Source of the DNA: an uncultured bacterium
Lineage (GTDB): Bacteria > Bacteroidota > Bacteroidia > Chitinophagales > Chitinophagaceae
Direction: 5' to 3'
Assembly: GCA_965363375.1 (NCBI GenBank)
Contig: CBDTUH010000001.1
Coordinates: 1 to 47,781 of the forward strand
Length of the DNA stretch: 47,781 nt
The notes under the pieces are model-generated. The model had not been told where the DNA came from. It searched no databases and was given only the letters and a program-made list of their open reading frames with translations. The position numbers were made by a program, and so were the translations under genes. This document shows positions 19,256 to 30,254 of the stretch, one piece after another. The stretch's first letter is position 1; each line of letters begins with the position of its first letter.

Positions 19256-20341
19256 ATGAAAATTTTAGTTACAGGAGCCGCAGGTTTTATAGGATTTCAT
19301 TTAATTCAAAAATTGCTTTCTGCAAATGCTACCATTGTAGGCATTGATAACATCAACGATTATTATGATGTAAATTTGAAATATGACAGACTGATGCAAT
19401 TAGGTATCAGCAGAGAAAGCGCGCAAAACAATTTACCAACTGTAAGCACAAAATATCAGAATTTCTCTTTCCAAAAATTAGCTCTTGAAGATACAGAAGG
19501 CATTGAGCAACTCTTTGAAAGGGAAAAATTTGATGTTGTATGCAATTTAGCAGCTCAGGCAGGAGTGCGCTATAGTTTAGAACAACCTTTAAAGTATATC
19601 AATAGTAATGTTGTTGGCTTTACCAATATATTGGAGTCATGCAGAAAGAATAAGGTAAGTCATCTGGTATATGCCAGCAGTTCCAGTGTTTACGGTATCA
19701 ATTCCAAAATTCCTTTCGAAACCGATCATCATACCGATCACCCGGTTTCATTATATGCAGCGACCAAAAAAAGCAATGAACTTTTAGCACATGTTTACAG
19801 CCATATTTATGGATTACCTACTACAGGCTTACGGTTCTTTACCGTTTATGGCCCCTGGGGACGGCCCGATATGGCTTATTTCTCGTTTACAAAAGCAATA
19901 ATGGAGGGAACCCCGATAAAGGTTTTTAACAATGGAAACCTTATGCGCGATTTTACCTACATAGATGATATTGTAGATGGCATTATGAAGGTTCTATACA
20001 AACCTGCGGTTCCAGATGAGAATTTCAAGACAGACGCGCCTCTGCCGTCCAGTTCCAGCGCTCCTTATAAGATATACAATATTGGCAACAACAATCCGGT
20101 TCAGCTTTTACATTTTATCAATATTCTTGAAAATGAGCTGGGCAAAGAGGCCGTGAAAGAATATCACGACATGCAGCCTGGAGACGTGTACGCAACATTT
20201 GCAGATATCGATGGCTTATCTAAAGATTTCAATTACCAGCCAACAACTTCAATAGAAGCCGGATTGAAGCAATTTGTAAACTGGTATAAAAATTATTATA
20301 AAACAGCGGTAAATAAAGAACTGGCAGAAAGCTGTTCTTAA
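19256..20341 (+). CDS. NAD-dependent epimerase, UDP-glucuronate 4-epimerase type
   Basis: Start likely ATG 19256 (MKILVTGAAGFIG). LAAQAGVRYS, YAATKK, FFTVYGPWGRPDM, MQPGDV. Confidence 0.9.
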   Translation: MKILVTGAAGFIGFHLIQKLLSANATIVGIDNINDYYDVNLKYDRLMQLGISRESAQNNLPTVSTKYQNFSFQKLALEDTEGIEQLFEREKFDVVCNLAAQAGVRYSLEQPLKYINSNVVGFTNILESCRKNKVSHLVYASSSSVYGINSKIPFETDHHTDHPVSLYAATKKSNELLAHVYSHIYGLPTTGLRFFTVYGPWGRPDMAYFSFTKAIMEGTPIKVFNNGNLMRDFTYIDDIVDGIMKVLYKPAVPDENFKTDAPLPSSSSAPYKIYNIGNNNPVQLLHFINILENELGKEAVKEYHDMQPGDVYATFADIDGLSKDFNYQPTTSIEAGLKQFVNWYKNYYKTAVNKELAESCS

Positions 20342-20361
20342 GTTTTTTCTTAAAAATTTAC

Positions 20362-21537
20362 ATGGGTTCTCAATTACAATTAATCCGTATTACCACAGTT
20401 CCACTTTCATTAAAAGTACTTTTAAGGCGACAGCTTCATTTTATGTCGCAGCACTTTAATGTACTGGCTGTATCGTCTCCCGGTGAAATGCTACAGGAGG
20501 TATCAGCACAGGAGGGTGTTGCAATCAAGGCTGTAGAAATGACTCGGGCCATAACACCTATTAAAGACCTGAAATCGCTTTGGCAATTGTATCTTTTATT
20601 AAAGAAACAAAAACCGGCAATAGTTCATACGCATACGCCCAAGGCAGGACTAATAGGGATGATGGCTGCAAAGATGGCCGGTGTGCCGGTGAGGCTACAT
20701 ACAGTTGCTGGCCTGCCGCTGATGGAAAGTGCGGGAAAAAAAAGAAAGCTTTTGGAAAGTGTAGAAAAACTTACCTATAGTTGCGCCACAAAAGTTTATC
20801 CGAATTCTAAAAACCTGGCAGAATTCATTTTGCGAAGCAGGTTTTGCCAGCCTGGAAAAATAAAAGTTCTGGGCAACGGAAGCAGCAATGGCATTGATAC
20901 CGAATTTTTTCAACCATCAGCTGAATTAGAATCAAAAGCGTCTGACATAAAAAAGCAGCATGCCATAAGCTCCAACGATTTTGTGTTTGTATTCATAGGG
21001 CGGCTGGTAAAAGACAAAGGAATAGAAGAACTGGTATTAGCATTTACAGAACTAAAAGTAAAATACAGAAACATTAAATTATTACTAGTTGGCCCTTACG
21101 AACCAGAGTTAGACCCGCTGGCTGTTGGTATTGAAAAAACGATAGAAGCGGATAACGATATTATATGCGCCGGCTTTCAGCAAGATGTAAGGCCTTATTT
21201 GCAGGCAAGCAACGCCTTGGCATTTCCATCTTACCGCGAGGGTTTCCCGAATGTACCAATGCAATCTGGCTGTTTCCATTTACCATCTATTGTAACAGAT
21301 ATAAACGGTTGTAATGAAATCATTCAAAATGAAATAAATGGCCTTATTGTAAAGCCGAAAGATAAAGATGCTCTTTACAACGCCATGGAGAAACTATTAA
21401 CTGACAAAACAGCTTACCAAACAATGAAGGAAAATTCCCGAGCAATGATTGTAGAACGATACGATCAAAACCATTTTTGGCAGCTTCTATTAAATGAATA
21501 TCAGGAACAATTAAAAAAAGAAGGTCTTGTATCGTAG
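20362..21537 (+). CDS. Glycosyltransferase family 4 (CapM-like)
   Basis: HTHTPKAG, GNGSSNGID, GRLVKDKG, PSYREGFPNV. Confidence 0.9.
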   Translation: MGSQLQLIRITTVPLSLKVLLRRQLHFMSQHFNVLAVSSPGEMLQEVSAQEGVAIKAVEMTRAITPIKDLKSLWQLYLLLKKQKPAIVHTHTPKAGLIGMMAAKMAGVPVRLHTVAGLPLMESAGKKRKLLESVEKLTYSCATKVYPNSKNLAEFILRSRFCQPGKIKVLGNGSSNGIDTEFFQPSAELESKASDIKKQHAISSNDFVFVFIGRLVKDKGIEELVLAFTELKVKYRNIKLLLVGPYEPELDPLAVGIEKTIEADNDIICAGFQQDVRPYLQASNALAFPSYREGFPNVPMQSGCFHLPSIVTDINGCNEIIQNEINGLIVKPKDKDALYNAMEKLLTDKTAYQTMKENSRAMIVERYDQNHFWQLLLNEYQEQLKKEGLVS

Positions 21538-22129
21538 TATTTTAAAGCGACTTTTAGATTTTTCAATAAGTTTTATTGGCTTGCTGTTGTTGTCGCCATT
21601 ATTTATAATAGTAACCATTGTTCTTGCCGTAGCTAATGATGGCAAACCCTTCTTTTTTCAGCAAAGGCCTGGAAAAGGTGGGCGCTTGTTTTTACTGGTA
21701 AAGTTTAAAACAATGAACGATAAGAAAGATAGAAACGGAAATCTTTTACCGGACGATAAGAGATTGACTACAATGGGCAAATTTGTAAGAAAAACATCGC
21801 TTGATGAAATTCCACAGCTCTTAAATGTATTAAAGGGCGATATGAGCCTGATTGGGCCAAGGCCATTGCTGGTGGAATACCTGCCGCTTTATAATGATTT
21901 TCAAAAACGCCGGCACGAGGTCAGGCCGGGTATAACAGGGTGGGCACAAGTAAATGGACGCAATACTTTAAGCTGGGAACAGAAATTTGCTTATGATGTT
22001 TGGTATGTTGACCACTTGAGTTTTAAGCTGGATGTACAAATACTTATGAAAACATTCTTGAAAGTATTTAAAGCAGAAGGCATCAATTCAAATACATACG
22101 CAACCATGGAAAAATTTACAGGAAATTAA
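21527..22129 (+). CDS. Monotopic phosphoglycosyl transferase (PglC/WcaJ-type initiating sugar transferase)
   Basis: KRLLD, KFKTM, RKTSLDEIPQL, MSLIGPRP, RPGITGWAQV. Confidence 0.92.
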   Translation: MYRSILKRLLDFSISFIGLLLLSPLFIIVTIVLAVANDGKPFFFQQRPGKGGRLFLLVKFKTMNDKKDRNGNLLPDDKRLTTMGKFVRKTSLDEIPQLLNVLKGDMSLIGPRPLLVEYLPLYNDFQKRRHEVRPGITGWAQVNGRNTLSWEQKFAYDVWYVDHLSFKLDVQILMKTFLKVFKAEGINSNTYATMEKFTGN

Positions 22130-22744
22130 ATGAAAAGAATGTACCTGTACGGGGCCAGCGGACATGCTAAAGTGATTATTGAAATTCTTGAAAAGGGAGG
22201 AAAAGAGGTTTTCGGTGTTTTTGATGACGATGAAAGCATCAAATCTCTATTTCATTATTCGGTAAATCCATATCCCGGAACGTTTGACCCGATAAAAGAT
22301 CAAATGATCATTTCAATCGGCAATAACAGCATTCGTAAAAAAATTAGCCTGGACCTTGAAATCAATTATGGTATTGCCATACATCCGTTCAGCAGTTTAT
22401 CGGAAAGGTGCACATTGGGTGCAGGCTCAGTAGTAATGGCCGGTGCGGTTGTTAATTCAGATGCTTTCATCGGTAAACATTGCATCATTAACACAAATGC
22501 CTCAGTTGACCATGACTGTAAATTGGCGGATTACGTTCACGTTTCACCAAATGTTGCCTTATGCGGCAATGTAGAAGTGGGTGAAGGTACTCATGTTGGT
22601 GCCGGCACCGTAGTAATACCTGGTGTAAAGATTGGTAAATGGTGTAATATTGGCGCGGGGTCTGTAATTATCAAAAATGTTCCCGATAATTCAACTGTAG
22701 TAGGAAATCCCGGTAGAATAATAAAAACAAATTTATTTATATGA
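22130..22744 (+). CDS. PglD/NeuD family hexapeptide-repeat acetyltransferase
   Basis: YGASGHAKV, VDHDC, left-handed beta-helix repeats, VVGNPGR. Confidence 0.9.
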   Translation: MKRMYLYGASGHAKVIIEILEKGGKEVFGVFDDDESIKSLFHYSVNPYPGTFDPIKDQMIISIGNNSIRKKISLDLEINYGIAIHPFSSLSERCTLGAGSVVMAGAVVNSDAFIGKHCIINTNASVDHDCKLADYVHVSPNVALCGNVEVGEGTHVGAGTVVIPGVKIGKWCNIGAGSVIIKNVPDNSTVVGNPGRIIKTNLFI

Positions 22745-23898
22745 GTTCTAAAATATGGCTCTCTTCCCCTCATATGAGCGGTTCCGAGTTAAAATACATC
22801 CACGAAGCTTTTGATAGCAACTGGATCGCTCCTTTAGGTCCTAATGTGGATGGCTTTGAAAAGGATTTACAGACGTTTTTAGGTGGTGATGTTCACGTTG
22901 CAGCACTAAGTTCGGGAACGGCAGCCATACACCTGGCCCTGGCTATATTAGGAGTAAAAGCTGGCGATGAAGTAATTTGCCAGTCCATGACCTTTTCTGC
23001 ATCTGCCAACCCTATTGCATACCAGGGTGCTACGCCGGTATTTGTTGATAGTGAGGCCGACACCTGGAACCTATCGCCTGAATACCTGGAAATGGCTATA
23101 GAAGACAGACTCAAAAATGGTAAAAAGCCAAAAGCCATAATAGTAGTTCATTTATATGGCATGCCCGCAAAAATGGATGAAATAACTGCAATCGCTAAAA
23201 AGTATGAAATCCCTGTTGTAGAAGATGCAGCAGAAGCACTAGGTTCTACCTACAAGGGTAAGGCTTTAGGTACGTTTGGTGATATCGGTATTTTGTCATT
23301 TAATGGCAATAAAATTATAACAACATCGGGTGGCGGAGCCTTGGTTTCAGCTAACGAAGACTATGTAAAAAAAGCACGCTTTCTTTCTACTCAGGCTTTA
23401 GACCCGGCACCACATTACCAGCATTCACACATTGGGTATAATTACCGCATGAGTAATATTTCTGCAGGCATCGGACGGGGTCAGATGGAAGTGATTAACG
23501 AACGGGTAGCGCAGCGAAGAAAGAATTTTGAATTTTATAAAAATGCTTTTTCATCTATTCATGAAATACAACTGGGAGAAGAACCGGGCACAAACTATTT
23601 TTCAAATCATTGGCTGACGGCAGCACTTATCAACGGGTCAGCCGTAACAAGAGAAGATATACGTTTGGCACTGGTGGAAGCAAATATTGATTGCCGTCCC
23701 CTCTGGAAGCCAATGCATTTGCAACCTATTTTTGAAAAGGCACCTTACTATGGAAATGGAACCAGTGACAGCCTATTTGAAAAAGGATTGTGTTTGCCAT
23801 CCGGCTCTAATTTAACAGAAACAGAATTGAATAAAGTAGTTTCTATCATTAATCGGGTTTTTGAACATACAAAAGCAGAAGTAGCAGCAAACCACTAA
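22741..23898 (+). CDS. DegT-family aminotransferase (PglE/EpsN-like)
   Basis: WLSSPHM, NWIAPLGP, EDAAEALG, SFNGNKIITTSGGG, RPLWKPMH. Confidence 0.92.
   Translation: MSSKIWLSSPHMSGSELKYIHEAFDSNWIAPLGPNVDGFEKDLQTFLGGDVHVAALSSGTAAIHLALAILGVKAGDEVICQSMTFSASANPIAYQGATPVFVDSEADTWNLSPEYLEMAIEDRLKNGKKPKAIIVVHLYGMPAKMDEITAIAKKYEIPVVEDAAEALGSTYKGKALGTFGDIGILSFNGNKIITTSGGGALVSANEDYVKKARFLSTQALDPAPHYQHSHIGYNYRMSNISAGIGRGQMEVINERVAQRRKNFEFYKNAFSSIHEIQLGEEPGTNYFSNHWLTAALINGSAVTREDIRLALVEANIDCRPLWKPMHLQPIFEKAPYYGNGTSDSLFEKGLCLPSGSNLTETELNKVVSIINRVFEHTKAEVAANH
22859..22879 (+). repeat. Perfect intragenic 21-bp motif copy
   Basis: aaaagga-tttac-agacgtttt, encodes EKDLQTF. Confidence 0.8.
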
Positions 23899-24078
23899 TT
23901 GCCAATGTAGTTCAATTAACTATTTTTACTATATTTAAATTTGTTAACTTATTAAAATCTCTAATCTAAAAAGAAATCAATATTTGATGATATCGGTCTG
24001 CAGGTGATTCTTTTTTTACTGAATTAGAAATAATGATGTAATAAATGTTGCTTTCCGGTTTAATATATTGGCAACCCT

Positions 24079-25146
24079 ATGTCAAAGCTTTTTCATTGTG
24101 AAATAGAATACATGCCCAGCCCGCACCTGATGCAATTGTATGCCGGCTTTTTCAAGCTGAAGCAGCAGGGAATTATTGAATTAGTGCTAAAGCCCCGCAA
24201 GTATATTCACAGAACAAACCCTGTTATAAATGCTACCATAAACGGTAAACATAAAGTGGTATATGATACACAGGATGGACTGAGCTGGATTGTAGGCACT
24301 GAAGAAGAGAATTTGAATTATTTTAAAAATAATTACCCTGTAGATTTTTATTTCAAAAGAAGCTACCATCCCAAAATGAAGGAGTTCAATCCTGGTAATT
24401 GCCATATTCATCCTTTGGGTTTTAACTACAACGTTCACCCTGACGAAAACCTGTTGCACCTTACTGATTCTCTTCCGCTAAAACTTAAATACTTAATCAA
24501 AACAACCCCTTCACTAAAAAAGGTTTTTAACAAGCGTTTTTTTTATGCACAGGATTTTGAATGGTATCCTGTTAAAAATGGTTTTGATCGCATACTCTTA
24601 TTAACCCGCGTATGGAATCCTAAAGGAGAAGATGTTTTTTCGAAAGAGGAGTCATATTTGAGAGAACAGATAAACCATATGCGTATAAAATGTCTGGATA
24701 CCTGTAAAAAAGAATTCAAAGACAGGTTTACAGGAGGGTTGTGGCTGGATTCTTTTTCAGACGCGCATTATAAGCCATACACATTACCATTGCAGCAAAC
24801 CAGTAAAAGCGCTTTTTTACAACAGGTAAAAAGCCATTCCATTTGTATTGCCACAACAGGTTTGTTCAAGTCAATTGGCTGGAAGATGGGTGAATATGTA
24901 GCAGCTTCAAGAGCGATAGTATCAGAAAAACTACAGTTTGAGGTACCGGGTGATTTTAAGGAAGGCCAAAATTACTTCGAATTCAGCACAAAAGAAGAAT
25001 TGGTACAAAAAGTGCATCAACTGTTGAGCCACAGAGACCTTATGCAACAAATGATGAAAAATAATTACGATTATTATAATAATTATCTAAAACCTGATAT
25101 CTTAGTGCTTAATACACTGCTGACCATTGCAAATAAAAATGATTAA
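24079..25146 (+). CDS. Hypothetical protein, possible GT-B/CgeB-like glycosyltransferase
   Basis: C-terminal ICIATTGL...GWKMGEYVAASRAIVSE resembles GT-B donor-binding C-domains. The ORF is clear but the family is uncertain. Confidence 0.55.
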   Translation: MSKLFHCEIEYMPSPHLMQLYAGFFKLKQQGIIELVLKPRKYIHRTNPVINATINGKHKVVYDTQDGLSWIVGTEEENLNYFKNNYPVDFYFKRSYHPKMKEFNPGNCHIHPLGFNYNVHPDENLLHLTDSLPLKLKYLIKTTPSLKKVFNKRFFYAQDFEWYPVKNGFDRILLLTRVWNPKGEDVFSKEESYLREQINHMRIKCLDTCKKEFKDRFTGGLWLDSFSDAHYKPYTLPLQQTSKSAFLQQVKSHSICIATTGLFKSIGWKMGEYVAASRAIVSEKLQFEVPGDFKEGQNYFEFSTKEELVQKVHQLLSHRDLMQQMMKNNYDYYNNYLKPDILVLNTLLTIANKND

Positions 25147-25280
25147 CTTCTGAATTTCTGCTCCATATCCACATTTGCACAGCTTTCAATCTCCAACATC
25201 CCCACAGAAACACCTTTCAATATCCGATATAATATTATATTTTAATCCCGTTTATTAAATCTTATAAAGACAACAAACTT

Positions 25281-26087
25281 ATGAAGGCAGTAATTTTAGC
25301 GGGTGGCTATGGCACCCGAATCAGTGAAGAAAGTGGCATTCGTCCCAAGCCAATGGTTGAAATTGGCGGCAAACCCATCTTGTGGCATATCCTGAAAATA
25401 TATTCTGCTTTTGGCATCAACGATTTTATTATATGTACCGGATATAAAGGGCACATCATAAAAGAATATTTTATGAATTATTGCCTGAATAATTCAGATG
25501 TTACGTTTGACATGCAAACCAACAGCATGGAAATTCATAGTAATAACACAGAGCCCTGGAAGGTAACCGTTGTGCACACCGGGCATAACTCCATGACCGG
25601 TGGCCGGCTTAAAAGGGTAAAACAATATATTGGTAATGAAACTTTCTGCATGACCTATGGAGATGGATTAAGCGATATCAACATTGCAGAATCCATAGCC
25701 TTTCATCGTAAGCAGGGCACAATGGCAACTTTAACAGCTGTGCAGCAGCCGGGTCGTTTTGGTGCCTTTACCTTAAGCACAGAAGATACCAGGATAAATC
25801 AGTTTCAGGAAAAGCCCAAAGGAGGCGATATGCCATGGATCAACGGCGGTTATTTTGTACTGGAACCGGAAGTGCTGGATTATATAGAAGGCGATGATAC
25901 TACCTGGGAGCGTGAGCCACTGGAAATGCTGGCCAAAGAAGGTGAGTTATCAGCTTATCGCCATGATGGTTTTTGGCAGCCCATGGATACCCTGCGGGAT
26001 AAAAATGTGCTGGAAGAATTGTGGCAAACAAAGCAGGCGCCATGGCTGAAATACATTCAGCAACAACCAGTGATGCAGCAATTGTAA
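25281..26087 (+). CDS. rfbF: Glucose-1-phosphate cytidylyltransferase
   Basis: [52 protein letters not shown]. Confidence 0.93.
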   Translation: MKAVILAGGYGTRISEESGIRPKPMVEIGGKPILWHILKIYSAFGINDFIICTGYKGHIIKEYFMNYCLNNSDVTFDMQTNSMEIHSNNTEPWKVTVVHTGHNSMTGGRLKRVKQYIGNETFCMTYGDGLSDINIAESIAFHRKQGTMATLTAVQQPGRFGAFTLSTEDTRINQFQEKPKGGDMPWINGGYFVLEPEVLDYIEGDDTTWEREPLEMLAKEGELSAYRHDGFWQPMDTLRDKNVLEELWQTKQAPWLKYIQQQPVMQQL

Positions 26088-26097
26088 TATCAATTTT

Positions 26098-26118
26098 AAA
26101 AGGGAAAAGAGACGTTTT
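26098..26118 (+). repeat. 21-bp motif copy (perfect)
   Basis: aaaaggg-aaaag-agacgtttt, 10 nt after the rfbF stop. Confidence 0.9.
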
Positions 26119-26145
26119 AAAAAATTTGGAAAAGCGGCGGCTGAT

Positions 26146-26718
26146 ATGACATTCACAGAAACAAAAATAAAAGGCGCTTATATTATAGATATAAAGCAGA
26201 TAGGTGACGAGAGAGGTTTTTTTGGAAGATCGTATTGCAAAAGGGAATTTGAACGTTTGGGCCTCAATACAAATGTTGTACAGGCCAACATCAGTTCCAA
26301 CAAAAAAAAGGGGACACTACGCGGGTTGCATATGCAAATAGCGCCAGCCGAAGAAACAAAGATGGTAAGATGTACCCGCGGTGCCATTTTTGATGTGTTG
26401 GTAGACCTTCGTCAGCAATCCGAAACCTTTATGCAATGGCTGGGCGTTGAACTGAAAGCAACTGATTATAGGATGTTTTACATCCCCGAAGGATGCGCAC
26501 ATGGCTACCTAACGCTGGAAGATGATACGGATGTAATGTACCAAGTCACTGAATTTTACACCCCGGAAGCAGAACGAGGCTTTAAATGGAATGATCCGAC
26601 TTTTAACATCCAATGGCCAAAAGAGCCGGTAATTATTTCTGAAAAAGATAAGGCACAACCAATATTTCATCCGGATTTATTAATGCCGAATTTTAGTGAA
26701 AAAACAGAAACGTTATAA
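26146..26718 (+). CDS. NDP-4-keto-sugar 3,5-epimerase (RmlC/RfbC cupin family)
   Basis: DERGFF, GTLRGLH, VDLR, PEGCAHGY, WNDP. Confidence 0.9.
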   Translation: MTFTETKIKGAYIIDIKQIGDERGFFGRSYCKREFERLGLNTNVVQANISSNKKKGTLRGLHMQIAPAEETKMVRCTRGAIFDVLVDLRQQSETFMQWLGVELKATDYRMFYIPEGCAHGYLTLEDDTDVMYQVTEFYTPEAERGFKWNDPTFNIQWPKEPVIISEKDKAQPIFHPDLLMPNFSEKTETL

Positions 26719-26736
26719 ACGTCTTTATTTCCTTTT
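26716..26736 (-). repeat. 21-bp motif copy (reverse) beginning on the TAA stop codon
   Basis: TAAacgtct-ttatt-tcctttt. Confidence 0.85.
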
Positions 26737-26773
26737 AAACAAACAACATTATTGAAATATTAAGTTTCGGTAA

Positions 26774-27748
26774 ATGAAATCTCCAAAAGTATCTGTACTC
26801 ATACCTACCTATAATTATGCGCATATACTTGATGTTACCATTCAAAGTGTGTTGGCGCAAACTTATACCGACTTTGAGTTGATCATCGTAGATAACTGCT
26901 CTGCCGACAATACGGTTGAAGTAGTTGAAAAATACCTTTCTGATGCCCGTGTTTCTTTTTACAGAAACGAAAAAAATCTGGGGCTTACCGGCAACTGGAA
27001 CCGTTGCCTAGAACTAGCAAAAGGTGAGTACATCAAATACCTATGTGCTGATGATAAATTTCATCCACAGATACTTGAAAAATATGTTCCTATAATGGAC
27101 AGCCATCCTCAGGTTTCGCTTATATCCTGTCATAAGCAGGAATTTGATGAGAATGGACTAAAGAAAAAAGTGGTTTACCCACCTTTTAAGGGTGTGGAAA
27201 ATGGCCGCAAAGTGATATACGATATGATCCGGCACGATCAGAACTACTTAGGCGATCCTACAAGACCAATGATAAGAAAGTCCAATTTAAATGTGGGCCC
27301 CTTTAAAACACTGGAATTTATTACCGACTGGGAAATGTGGGTACGGCACTTATTAGTGGGCGAATGCTATGTAATACCCGAGGTGCTGGCATATGGCCGC
27401 AAGCATGAAGGTCAGCAGCAGGTGAGGTGTAAAAAGAAATCGATCAACCACCTGGAAATGTATACGCTTTACAATGCAATTCAAAAAGGTGATTATGTCA
27501 TTACCTTTCCCGAACATAAAAGGGAATTAAGAGGTTTTGTAAAACAAAAAGCTGCAAATTGTGCATTTGCCATGTACAAGCTATTACCAAAATTGCATAT
27601 CAAGGAAAATCGCGAGTTGTTCCTAAAGTTCTTCCATATTGCCCGCAAGGAAAAAATGATAGTTGATCCTTCGGTTCTTGGAGTATTCCGTCAAAAGTTG
27701 AAAGACAGGAAAGCAGCGAAAGAAATGGCACGCAGTATGGTCTTTTAA
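26774..27748 (+). CDS. Glycosyltransferase family 2
   Basis: VSVLIPTYN, VDNCSAD, NWNRC, LCADD, DWEMW. Confidence 0.88.
   Translation: MKSPKVSVLIPTYNYAHILDVTIQSVLAQTYTDFELIIVDNCSADNTVEVVEKYLSDARVSFYRNEKNLGLTGNWNRCLELAKGEYIKYLCADDKFHPQILEKYVPIMDSHPQVSLISCHKQEFDENGLKKKVVYPPFKGVENGRKVIYDMIRHDQNYLGDPTRPMIRKSNLNVGPFKTLEFITDWEMWVRHLLVGECYVIPEVLAYGRKHEGQQQVRCKKKSINHLEMYTLYNAIQKGDYVITFPEHKRELRGFVKQKAANCAFAMYKLLPKLHIKENRELFLKFFHIARKEKMIVDPSVLGVFRQKLKDRKAAKEMARSMVF
27518..27538 (+). repeat. Intragenic 21-bp motif copy (AGAGG variant)
   Basis: aaaaggg-aatta-agaggtttt, encodes KRELRGF. Confidence 0.7.
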
Positions 27749-27759
27749 CCATTCATTTA

Positions 27760-27780
27760 AAAACGTTTATTTTTCCTTTT
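27760..27780 (-). repeat. 21-bp motif copy (reverse, 1 mismatch) abutting the next ATG
   Basis: aaaacgttt-atttt-tcctttt followed directly by ATG at 27781. Confidence 0.8.
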
Positions 27781-29139
27781 ATGATTATAGTAGATAAATA
27801 TTTACAGCAAAGAGAAAAAGAAGGCCGGCCCATTAGGGTAGGGCTTTGGGGTGCTGGAGAAATGGCAAAAGGTATGGTGAACCAGGTAATGCGCTATACA
27901 CCCGGAATGGAAGTGGCCGTTATTGCCAACCGTACTTTAGGCAAAGCCATTGAAGCTTATGAATATACAGGCACCGAAGCTACCGTGTGTAATGATATAT
28001 CTTCATTGCAAAAGGTTATTTCATCCGGAGGTTTTGCTGTTACTACAAATGCCGAACTGCTGTGCGAAGTGGAAGGTCTTGATTTGTTGGTAGAGTGTAC
28101 CGGCACTATTAACTACGCCGCCAATCTTATTTTCAAAGCCATACAAAATAAAAAACATGTATTGCTTTTTAACCCCGAAGTAGATGCCACCATTGGCCCC
28201 ATTTTAAAAGTTTATGCAGATAGGGCAGGAGTAATGCTTAGTGGTTGCGATGGTGATCAGCCTGGTGTAATTATGAACCTGTACCGGTTTGTAAAAAGCC
28301 TTGGCCTACAGCCACTGATTTGCGGCAACATCAAAGGCTTGCAGGATTTTTACAGAAATCCTGCAACGCAAGCTGGTTTTGCGGCACGCTGGCAACTTAC
28401 CCCCGAAATGGTTACACAATTTGCGGATGGAACCAAGATTTCCATTGAGCAGGCTTGCGTAGCCAATGCAACAGGCATGGGTGTGGCCAAACGTGGCATG
28501 ATTGGTTTGAATTATAATGGACATATTGATGATATGACCACCATGTACGATGTAAATGAACTGAAACGCGTGGGCGGTATTGTTGATTATGTGGTGGGAC
28601 CCAAACCAGGGCCAGGCGTTTTTGTTTTTGCCACTACCGACGACCCCAAGACAAAGCATTATCTTAATTATGGGAAATTGGGCGAGGGTCCGTTATACAG
28701 CTTTTACACACCTTATCACTTAATTTATTTTGAAATCCCTCATTCAATAGCCAGGATGGTGCTATTTAATGACATCATCATGGCACCAATTGCAGGTCCT
28801 GTTGTAGAGGTGGCTACTTTTGCTAAAACAGACCTGAAAAAAGGAAAGCAACTGGATGGCCTGGGCGGTTACGATTATTATGGCCAGTGTGAAAATGCTA
28901 CTACCGCAAGAGCGGAGAACTTGTTACCTGTAGGACTTGCAGAAGGCTGTATACTAAAACGTGACTTACAACGTGACGAAGTAATAACGTTTGATGACAT
29001 TGAATTGCCGGAAGACAATCTGGTGCTGCAATTGTACCGGGAGCAAACGGAAATGTTTTTCGCGCAAAAGAATGCAGGTATTATAACATTAAATGAAACA
29101 ATTGATAATTCCTTACCCACATTAGAAGTAAACATATGA
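27781..29139 (+). CDS. NAD(P)-dependent oxidoreductase, homoserine-dehydrogenase-like with C-terminal SAF domain
   Basis: Rossmann motif VGLWGAGEMA, DGDQPG, FADGTK, YTPYHL, and SAF-like AKTDLKKGKQLDGLGG...LPVGLAEGC. Confidence 0.8.
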   Translation: MIIVDKYLQQREKEGRPIRVGLWGAGEMAKGMVNQVMRYTPGMEVAVIANRTLGKAIEAYEYTGTEATVCNDISSLQKVISSGGFAVTTNAELLCEVEGLDLLVECTGTINYAANLIFKAIQNKKHVLLFNPEVDATIGPILKVYADRAGVMLSGCDGDQPGVIMNLYRFVKSLGLQPLICGNIKGLQDFYRNPATQAGFAARWQLTPEMVTQFADGTKISIEQACVANATGMGVAKRGMIGLNYNGHIDDMTTMYDVNELKRVGGIVDYVVGPKPGPGVFVFATTDDPKTKHYLNYGKLGEGPLYSFYTPYHLIYFEIPHSIARMVLFNDIIMAPIAGPVVEVATFAKTDLKKGKQLDGLGGYDYYGQCENATTARAENLLPVGLAEGCILKRDLQRDEVITFDDIELPEDNLVLQLYREQTEMFFAQKNAGIITLNETIDNSLPTLEVNI

Positions 29140-30254
29140 TTTCAACAACCAGCAAACCAGTAGCTAATTCCATATTGAAACAGGATATGGAAGCTATTTT
29201 CGATGCCTTATCGGTTCAGGAAAAAGAAAGGCTTAAAAATTCGACACTGCTTCTTACAGGATGCGGTGGATTTTTAGGATATTATTTCATGCACTTTTTC
29301 GCTCATTATGCAGAGGAATTGCAATTAAAGAAAATAATAGCTTTAGAGAATTTTTTAACAGGCACCAAAGACTGGTTGGCAAACCTGGTGGAAAGCGACC
29401 CCGAACTGATTAAACTTCATGAGTTTAATGTAATTACAGATTCAATTGAAGATGTTCCTGGAGCTGCCGATGCTGATATGATCATTCATATGGCGTCCAT
29501 AGCATCACCTACCTTTTATAGAATTTATCCTATAGAAACGGTTGATGCCAATATTACCGGTTTGCGCAGGCTGCTCGACTTTTATGCACAAAAGGCAATA
29601 AAGGGGTTTTTATTTTTCAGCAGCAGCGAGATCTATGGCGATCCATTTCCTGAATTTATTCCTACAAAAGAAGATTACAGAGGCAACGTAGCGACTATAG
29701 GTCCGCGTGCTTGCTACGATGAGGCAAAGCGATTTGGAGAAACCTTATGTTACCTGTTCTCTCAAAAATATAAAATGCCTATTGGCATAGCAAGGCCCTT
29801 CAACAATTATGGCCCCGGTATGAATATTAATGACAAACGATTGCCAGCAGATTTTGCTAAAGCGGTAATTGAAGGTCGCGACCTGGAAATACTTTCGGAT
29901 GGTACACCCACACGCACATTTTGCTATATTTCTGATGCCATAACAGGATATTTGAAGGTAATGTTGCATGGAGAATTTGATGTATTCAACATTGGTATGG
30001 ACAAGCCCGAACTATCTGTAAAAGAGTTTGCCAATATATTTAATAAAGAAGGTAAAGAAATATTTAATTACGGAGGTAAAATATCTTTTTCACAATCTGC
30101 CGACAAAGAATACCTGACCGATAATCCCAACCGCCGCTGCCCGGATATCACTAAAGCCAGGACTGTGCTAAATTATAATCCGCAGGTAATGGTAGAAGAT
30201 GGGATTAAGCGATATTTACAATTTTTAAAAATCAATAACGGTCAATTAGTATGA
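29136..30254 (+). CDS. NDP-glucuronate decarboxylase (UXS/ArnA-like SDR)
   Basis: TGCGGFLG, MASIASP, SSSEIYGDP, GPRACYDEAKR, RPFNNYGP, TRTFCY, PNRRCPDI. Confidence 0.82.
   Translation: MISTTSKPVANSILKQDMEAIFDALSVQEKERLKNSTLLLTGCGGFLGYYFMHFFAHYAEELQLKKIIALENFLTGTKDWLANLVESDPELIKLHEFNVITDSIEDVPGAADADMIIHMASIASPTFYRIYPIETVDANITGLRRLLDFYAQKAIKGFLFFSSSEIYGDPFPEFIPTKEDYRGNVATIGPRACYDEAKRFGETLCYLFSQKYKMPIGIARPFNNYGPGMNINDKRLPADFAKAVIEGRDLEILSDGTPTRTFCYISDAITGYLKVMLHGEFDVFNIGMDKPELSVKEFANIFNKEGKEIFNYGGKISFSQSADKEYLTDNPNRRCPDITKARTVLNYNPQVMVEDGIKRYLQFLKINNGQLV

Noticed and set aside
23936-23943. TAAATTTG as a promoter -7 box for the 24079 gene
   Set aside because: It lies in extremely AT-rich DNA with no convincing -33 element, so it could easily be chance.
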